This document shows positions 1-4,931 of a stretch of DNA of 13,389 nucleotides, in pieces. This DNA comes from Trueperaceae bacterium (GTDB taxonomy: Bacteria; Deinococcota; Deinococci; Deinococcales; Trueperaceae). The stretch is from positions 40,592 through 53,980 of the forward strand of contig JBBDRK010000015.1 of NCBI GenBank assembly GCA_040905465.1, written 5' to 3'. Made by a program: the position numbers and the translations under genes. Every line of letters starts with the position of its first letter. Position 1 is the first letter of the stretch. The notes under the pieces are model-generated. The model was not told the origin of the DNA. It ran no database searches and was given only the letters and a program-made list of their open reading frames with translations.

Positions 1-24
1 GGTTCTGTGCCGGGTTCTGTGCCG
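1..24. repeat. 12-bp tandem duplication GGTTCTGTGCCG x2 (may extend beyond the window edge)
   Basis: Positions 1-12 and 13-24 are identical. Probably within or just after the low-complexity tail of the upstream gene. Confidence 0.7.
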
Positions 25-118
25 GCGTCGTGAGCGGCGCCGGAGCAGGTGCCGGGTCGTCTCACCGTTTCGTGAGCGCGAGTGAGGCGCCGGGTCCCAC
101 CGACCGGATGGACCGGGC

Positions 119-898
119 ATGAGCCGAATCGACGGTGCCTTCGCGGCCGCCCGAGCCGAGAACCGGGCTGCCTTCATCTCCTACCTTACTGCCGGTTATC
201 CCGACGAGGAACGCTTCCTGACCGCGGCTCGCGAGCTGCTGGCGGTATCCGACCTGCTGGAAGTCGGCCTCCCCTACTCGGATCCGCTGGGTGACGGGCC
301 GACCGTCCAGCGCTCGTCGCAACTGGCGCTCGAGTCAGGGGTTACCCCGAAACGCACGCTCGAACTGGTCGCTCGCCTGCGGAGCGAGACCGAGAAGCCC
401 CTGCTGGTGATGACCTACTACAACCCGGTCTACACCTACGAAGGCGGCGAACAGGCCTTCGTCCGCGACTTGCGACGGGCGGGCGCAGATGGCGTCATCC
501 TTCCCGACCTGCCGCCGGAAGAGGCGGAGGGGTTGATCCCGACGGCTCGAGATCAGGGGTTGGACACGATATTCCTGGTGGCGCCCACCTCGACCGAGGC
601 CCGGTTGCAGATAGTCACCTCGGCTTGCCGCGGATTCGTCTACGCAGTTTCCATCACCGGGGTGACGGGAGCGCGAACGACGGTAGGTAGCGAGGTGCCC
701 GACCTGGTGCAGAGGGTCCGTGAGGTAAGCGACCTGCCGGTGGCCGTCGGCTTCGGGGTGTCGAACGCAGCGACAGCTCACCCGGTGGCGCTGGCGGCGG
801 ACGGTGTGGTGGTAGGTTCGGCACTTGTGCGGGCGCTGGAGGAAGGGCGCGGAGTGGGCGACTTGGCGCGGGAGATAGCGGGTGCCTGCCGGCGCTGA
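119..898 (+). CDS. trpA: Tryptophan synthase alpha chain
   Basis: 259 aa with TrpA signatures YLTAGYP, LEVGLPYSDPLGDGPTVQ (catalytic Glu/Asp), MTYYNP, DGVILPDLP, FLVAPTS, GFVYAVSITGVTG, VGFGV and ADGVVVGSA. Confidence 0.97.
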   Translation: MSRIDGAFAAARAENRAAFISYLTAGYPDEERFLTAARELLAVSDLLEVGLPYSDPLGDGPTVQRSSQLALESGVTPKRTLELVARLRSETEKPLLVMTYYNPVYTYEGGEQAFVRDLRRAGADGVILPDLPPEEAEGLIPTARDQGLDTIFLVAPTSTEARLQIVTSACRGFVYAVSITGVTGARTTVGSEVPDLVQRVREVSDLPVAVGFGVSNAATAHPVALAADGVVVGSALVRALEEGRGVGDLAREIAGACRR

Positions 899-921
899 CG
901 CCACCGACCGCTGTCGTCGCG

Positions 922-1563
922 TTACCGGGCCGGTTCGATCCGGACGCTGGAGCCGAGCTCCCGGATGAGCTGGGCGGAGAGCAGCAGTTCGGCGCCGGCT
1001 TCGGGCGCGATCTGGTTTCCCACCACCCGAACCAGCACCGGCCCGGCGCTGGCCGAAGAGAGCAGCAGTAGCTCACCGGCGCGCTTCCCTCTGGCGATGA
1101 CGTCGTAGCGGGCGAGCGACTCGTCCGCTGCGGCGGCCAGCATGTCGCCCACGCCGTTCAGGGGCTCGAGCCTCACAGTGGCGGTACCCGAGCCGATCAT
1201 GCCGATACGATCGGCCGCGGCCCGGGATAGGTCGATGATGCGCGCGCCCTTGAACGGGCCGCGGTCGTTGATCCGCACGACCACACTTCGCCCGTTGGCA
1301 ACGTTGGTCACCCTCAGGTGGGTGTTGAACGGCAGAGTGCGGTGAGCAGCGGTCAGTTGACCCGGATCGAACACCTCACCGCTGGCGGTGAGCCGGCCGG
1401 CGAAGCCGGGACCGTACCAGGAGGCGACGCCCTCGCGAGCAAACGCCGGAACCTCGCCCTGAGCGGCTGCCGGTACGATGACGTGCCCGACGCCGGGAAT
1501 CCGGGGCCCGCAGGCGGAGAGGAGAATCAAGGCGGAAAAGAGCAGAACATGACGGCGCGGCAT
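922..1563 (-). CDS. rlpA: RlpA-family (DPBB) lytic transglycosylase-like lipoprotein, 213 aa
   Basis: RlpA core GVASWYG..TASGEVFD..TAAHRTLPF..VVVRINDRGPF..IIDLSRAAA. Start moved from 1863 to ATG 1563 because this gives a signal peptide with lipobox (MPRRHVLLFSALILLSA/C) and sits 5 nt after a TAGCAT -10 element. Confidence 0.9.
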   Translation of the reverse strand: MPRRHVLLFSALILLSACGPRIPGVGHVIVPAAAQGEVPAFAREGVASWYGPGFAGRLTASGEVFDPGQLTAAHRTLPFNTHLRVTNVANGRSVVVRINDRGPFKGARIIDLSRAAADRIGMIGSGTATVRLEPLNGVGDMLAAAADESLARYDVIARGKRAGELLLLSSASAGPVLVRVVGNQIAPEAGAELLLSAQLIRELGSSVRIEPAR

Positions 1564-1568
1564 GGGAC

Positions 1569-1574
1569 ATGCTA
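1569..1574 (-). promoter_or_regulatory. -10 element TAGCAT of a putative leaderless rlpA promoter
   Basis: Minus strand reads TAGCAT-gtccc-ATG. No Shine-Dalgarno sequence is present. Confidence 0.55.
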
Positions 1575-1631
1575 CGGGCGCCTTGCTGAACTGACGTGTG
1601 AAATAGGGCCGTGGACGAGCGGTATCCGGCT

Positions 1632-1808
1632 TCAGGCCCAGGTCCGGCGGGCGAGCTCCTTCTGGCAGAGTACGAACGCCTCGTAGTCCTCGATGCGTGC
1701 CGAGCCGTCTGAGATCAGCGCCTGGCACTTCGTCATGAGCTCGCTGAGCTGCTCGTTGCTCATGCTCTGGATCCACTCCCCGGTATCGGTCTGCTGCGCC
1801 AAGGTCAT
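1632..1808 (-). CDS. Small helical hypothetical protein, 58 aa (62 aa if started at 1820)
   Basis: MTLAQQTDTGEWIQSMSNEQLSELMTKCQALISDGSARIEDYEAFVLCQKELARRTWA. Protein-like composition, GGAGG 5 nt before ATG 1808, its own extended -10 upstream, and it fills the rlpA-tatD gap. Confidence 0.75.
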   Translation of the reverse strand: MTLAQQTDTGEWIQSMSNEQLSELMTKCQALISDGSARIEDYEAFVLCQKELARRTWA

Positions 1809-1864
1809 CCTCTCCTCCATGCCCTTCACTCCCTGCCGAACGCCGGGGTTCACCCGGACGCACG

Positions 1865-1873
1865 AGGCTAGCA
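1865..1873 (-). promoter_or_regulatory. Extended -10 (TGcTAGCCT) for the small-protein gene
   Basis: TGn-TANNNT on the minus strand, about 45-55 nt upstream of the candidate start codons. Confidence 0.55.
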
Positions 1874-1880
1874 GCGGATC

Positions 1881-1919
1881 TCTTACGTTGTTCTTACCGC
1901 AATCTTACGGGATTCTCAC
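1881..1919. promoter_or_regulatory. Four direct repeats TCTYAC at exact 11-bp period; putative OmpR/PhoB-family response-regulator site
   Basis: TCTTAC at 1881, 1892 and 1903 and TCTCAC at 1914, in the divergent intergenic region between the small ORF and tatD. Confidence 0.65.
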
Positions 1920-1952
1920 GCGCGGCGTCCCGATTTACCTCCTCCGCGCAGT

Positions 1953-1958
1953 TATGCT
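1953..1958 (+). promoter_or_regulatory. -10 element TATGCT of a putative leaderless tatD promoter
   Basis: TATGCT-tgcccg-ATG(1965). No Shine-Dalgarno sequence is present. Confidence 0.6.
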
Positions 1959-1964
1959 TGCCCG

Positions 1965-2726
1965 ATGATCGACAGCCACTGTCACCTTGACCATTGCCCC
2001 GACCCGGTGGCTGCCGCCGACCTGGCACTACGAGCGATGATCAGCGTGGGCACGACCGTCGAGCGCAACCGGGAGACCCTGCAACTGGCGGAGCGCCTGC
2101 CCAACGTCTGGGCAGCAGTGGGAATCCATCCGAACAACGCCAGCGACGCAGTCGACCCGCAAGTACGGCGAGACCTGGAGGAGCAGGCGCTGCAACCGCA
2201 TGTGGTTGCCATCGGCGAGACCGGCTTCGACACCCACTGGGACGACGAATCGCTGGCGAGCCAGCGCAGCGCGTTCGACTGGCAGGCGGAGCTGGCGGCG
2301 CGACTCGATCTGCCGCTGATCCTGCACGTGCGCGACCGGCAGGGCGGCGACGATGCCTCGCGTGAAGCGAGCCGGGCGATGCGCGAAGCCGGGCACGCCA
2401 AGGGTGTCCTGCACTGCTTCAATGGAGACCGGGAGCTTCTGGAGACCGGGCTCGAGCTGGGTTGGATGGTGTCGTTTGCCGGCAACCTCACTTATCCGAG
2501 CGCCAGGAAGTTACAGGAGTCGGCGCCGCACATCCCCGACGAGCGGCTGCTGGTGGAGACCGACAGCCCCTTCCTGGCGCCGGTGCCCGAGCGCGGCAGA
2601 CGCAACACGCCAGCCTTCGTCCGACATACCGCCGGGTACCTGGCACGGCTGCGCGGGGTCACGCTCGAGCGTCTGGAAGAACTCACCGACACCAACGCGA
2701 TACGCTTCTACCGCCTGCCGCTCTGA
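1965..2726 (+). CDS. tatD: TatD-family metal-dependent DNase/hydrolase
   Basis: 253 aa with MIDSHCHLD, AVGIHP, AIGETGFD, PLILHVR, GVLHCF, SFAGNLTY and LLVETDSPFLAP motifs. Confidence 0.95.
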   Translation: MIDSHCHLDHCPDPVAAADLALRAMISVGTTVERNRETLQLAERLPNVWAAVGIHPNNASDAVDPQVRRDLEEQALQPHVVAIGETGFDTHWDDESLASQRSAFDWQAELAARLDLPLILHVRDRQGGDDASREASRAMREAGHAKGVLHCFNGDRELLETGLELGWMVSFAGNLTYPSARKLQESAPHIPDERLLVETDSPFLAPVPERGRRNTPAFVRHTAGYLARLRGVTLERLEELTDTNAIRFYRLPL

Positions 2727-2741
2727 AACGCCGGCAGCTCG

Positions 2742-3200
2742 TCAGCCGGCTCCGGGACCCACCCAACGGCTGGCCGGCACATGCCGGTCGTAGCGCAGCG
2801 CCTCCGCAAGGCGCGAGCGCGACACGACACGGTGGGGCTCCATCGGGATGAACGCCGTGACGACATCCACCCAGCGAGGTTTGCTGTAATCGAGGACCAC
2901 ATGCAGAGGGATCCGGACGTCGAGACTTGGACTGATGAACCCCAGCACCAGAAGCCGCTCGTCCTGGACATAGCGCATCAGTTCACGGCCGTATAAGACG
3001 GTACCCAGTATGTCCTGCTCGGTGAACCCCTCACAGGTCGCATGCTTGCAGGCATGCGCGCCGACACGGTAGCGCCCGTCGCGCACGAGCGGCCTGAGCT
3101 CGTTCAGGGTGCGCTTCCGGAGGCGCTCTCCACCTTTCCTGGTAAGGGGTGGCTGGGCGTGTGGCTTGCTCTGACGGGCATGACGCGTCATCTCGTCCAT
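2742..3200 (-). CDS. DUF4258-like protein (toxin/RNase-like fold), 152 aa
   Basis: Pattern YRVGAHACKHATCEGFTEQDILGTVLYGRELMRY..DERLLVLG..PLHVVLDY..VDVVTAFIP matches DUF4258. GGAGG lies 4 nt before ATG 3200. Confidence 0.75.
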   Translation of the reverse strand: MDEMTRHARQSKPHAQPPLTRKGGERLRKRTLNELRPLVRDGRYRVGAHACKHATCEGFTEQDILGTVLYGRELMRYVQDERLLVLGFISPSLDVRIPLHVVLDYSKPRWVDVVTAFIPMEPHRVVSRSRLAEALRYDRHVPASRWVGPGAG

Positions 3201-3220
3201 TTCGCCTCCAGCAAGGCCGG

Positions 3221-3264
3221 AAAAGAGAAGCGGACGCAAGGTCTCTACTCCTTGCGCCCGTTCT
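3221..3264 (-). terminator. Terminator/attenuator-like hairpin in the 5' leader of the DUF4258 gene
   Basis: Minus strand CGGGCGCAAGG-AGTAGAGA-CCTTGCGTCCG forms an 11-bp stem with one G-U pair that works only on this strand. It is followed by CTTCTCTTTT. Confidence 0.6.
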
Positions 3265-3279
3265 ACGCGGCCATGAGAA

Positions 3280-3288
3280 ACGGTACCA
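3280..3288 (-). promoter_or_regulatory. Extended -10 (TGgTACCGT) upstream of the DUF4258 leader
   Basis: TGn-TANNNT followed after 5 nt by ATG GCC GCG TAG (3274..3263). Confidence 0.5.
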
Positions 3289-3417
3289 CGGGCGACCCCC
3301 GAGTAGATGTGAGCGCGCAGGCAGTCTCACCAAGAGCTCCAGCGGAAGGGCGCCGCCATCGAGGAGACGGACTAGGCCCCTGATGGCCCCACGGTTGTCG
3401 CAGCCGGGCCCCACGCG

Positions 3418-3423
3418 TACAGT
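3418..3423 (+). promoter_or_regulatory. -10 element TACAGT of a putative leaderless promoter
   Basis: TACAGT-acgccc-ATG(3430). No Shine-Dalgarno sequence is present. Confidence 0.6.
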
Positions 3424-3429
3424 ACGCCC

Positions 3430-4302
3430 ATGGGCTTCCTCGACACCCCCTATCACATCGAACGCGAGGACGCCGACCTCTATGTCGAGCAGGTCGGCCC
3501 CGAAGACGCTCCCGTCATTTACTACCTGCACGGCGGACCGGGCTACAACAGCTTCTCGTTCCGCGATCTTGTCGGCGAGGACCTCGAGGCCTACCGGATG
3601 ATCTACGCCGATCAACGAGGTGCCGGCCGGTCATATGCAGATGTCGGCTTCGGCCTCGATGAGTTGACTGAAGACGTCCTAACCGTCCTGGACGCACTGG
3701 CCGTACCTCGGGCGACGCTACTGGCGCACGGATTCGGCGCCCTCGTTGCCGCTCGAACGGCCGTCCGTCATCCCGACCGTATCGACCGGATGCTGTTCGT
3801 CAACCCCTGGTTCTCGATGCCACTGCTTGCTCGCGCCATGCAGCGCGAAGCCGCGGTCGCCTCGGGCCAGACCGACATCGCCCTGCCGCCGGAAGAGGCA
3901 CTGGCCGACCCGGAAACCATCGACGCCGAGGGCACCGTCGATCAGGCGTTCGAGTTGGTGGCGGCCAAACAGCTATTCGACCGCATGCAGTTTCCCGACC
4001 CGTCGGTACGCCTGCGCCTCGAGCACAGCGACAGCGAAACCCTGTTCGGTCCGCAAGCCTCTGCCATGCCGACATCTCCATGGCGAATGGAGGTTCTGGC
4101 GGACTTAACCGTCATCCGCGCCGCGACGGTGGTGATGGCGGGTCGCGATGACCGTACGAGCTATCCCGAGCAGGCCGAGGCCGGACTCGAACGGATGGAG
4201 CATGCCCTTTTCAGTTTGCTGCCCGCCGGCCACTACCCGTGGATCGATGCCCCGGACGACTTCCTTTCCGTTCTGACCGAGGCAATGACGAGCATGTCGT
4301 GA
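3430..4302 (+). CDS. Alpha/beta hydrolase fold, proline iminopeptidase-related protein lacking the nucleophilic Ser
   Basis: 290 aa with LHGGPG, DQRGAGRS, elbow LLAHGFGA, GRDDRT and AGHYPWID. Confidence 0.9.
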   Translation: MGFLDTPYHIEREDADLYVEQVGPEDAPVIYYLHGGPGYNSFSFRDLVGEDLEAYRMIYADQRGAGRSYADVGFGLDELTEDVLTVLDALAVPRATLLAHGFGALVAARTAVRHPDRIDRMLFVNPWFSMPLLARAMQREAAVASGQTDIALPPEEALADPETIDAEGTVDQAFELVAAKQLFDRMQFPDPSVRLRLEHSDSETLFGPQASAMPTSPWRMEVLADLTVIRAATVVMAGRDDRTSYPEQAEAGLERMEHALFSLLPAGHYPWIDAPDDFLSVLTEAMTSMS

Positions 4303-4415
4303 CGGCTACCCGAGCCAATCCCGCCTCAGTCAGCGGGCCCCGGCAGACGGCGCGGGCAGGCGCTAGAAAGGCCGTCATGAACGTGGAAATTTCGATGTCT
4401 GCAATGAAACGCGGG

Positions 4416-4424
4416 TGCTAGACT
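4416..4424 (+). promoter_or_regulatory. Extended -10 (TGcTAGACT) of a putative leaderless yqeG-pilB-pilT promoter
   Basis: TAGACT-ttgcga-ATG(4431). No Shine-Dalgarno sequence is present. Confidence 0.6.
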
Positions 4425-4430
4425 TTGCGA

Positions 4431-4931
4431 ATGCTTATGCCCGACGTGGTCGTCACGGCCGCTTACGACGCCACACCGGAGTTGCTGCGAGGACACGGAG
4501 TTCGGGCGGTGATGGTCGACCTGGACGACACCCTGATGGCGTCGAACGAATCCGAGTTCGGTGCCGGCACCCGTGAGTGGCTGGAGGACCTGCGCGCTTC
4601 CGGCATGCCGGTGCTGCTGCTGTCGAACGGCGAACGTGGACGGGTAGAGCGCTGTTGCGCCGACCTGGGACTCGAAGGATTCCATCTGGCCGGGAAGCCC
4701 TTCTGGTGGGCGTTCCGGAAGGGCCTGCGGCGGCTCGGCCGGCCGGCGAGCGAGACGGCGATGATCGGTGATCAGCTGTTTACCGACGTGCTGGGCGCGA
4801 ATCTCGCGGGAATGGTGTCGGTCCTCGTGAGTCCGCTCAGTCCCGGGAAGATGCCGCACACTCGGGCCATCCGGCACCTGGAGCGCCTGATACTGCGGGG
4901 AGGTGGCAATGGCAGTTCTGTCGATAGGTGA
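4431..4931 (+). CDS. yqeG: YqeG-family HAD IIIA phosphatase, 166 aa
   Basis: HAD motifs DLDDTL, LLSNG, AGKP and MIGDQLFTDVLGA. Start set at ATG 4431, 6 nt after the -10. The 3' end overlaps the pilB start. Confidence 0.9.
   Translation: MLMPDVVVTAAYDATPELLRGHGVRAVMVDLDDTLMASNESEFGAGTREWLEDLRASGMPVLLLSNGERGRVERCCADLGLEGFHLAGKPFWWAFRKGLRRLGRPASETAMIGDQLFTDVLGANLAGMVSVLVSPLSPGKMPHTRAIRHLERLILRGGGNGSSVDR

Noticed and set aside
1-122. 3' end of an upstream gene (trpB expected): frame 3 is open to TGA 120-122 overlapping the trpA ATG, and frame 1 reads GSVPGSVPAS* ending at 33
   Set aside because: No TrpB motif is visible and I cannot tell which frame is real, so it is not called.
1564-1863. ORF-track N-terminal extension of rlpA (313 aa)
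   Set aside because: It would bury the lipoprotein signal peptide and overlaps the better-supported small ORF in another frame.
1881-1919. Repeats as a CRISPR array, iterons or DnaA boxes; also a direct link to the kinase at 9048
   Set aside because: Units are only 6 bp with 5-bp spacers and do not match TTATCCACA. Nothing ties the Cph1-like kinase to an OmpR-type site.
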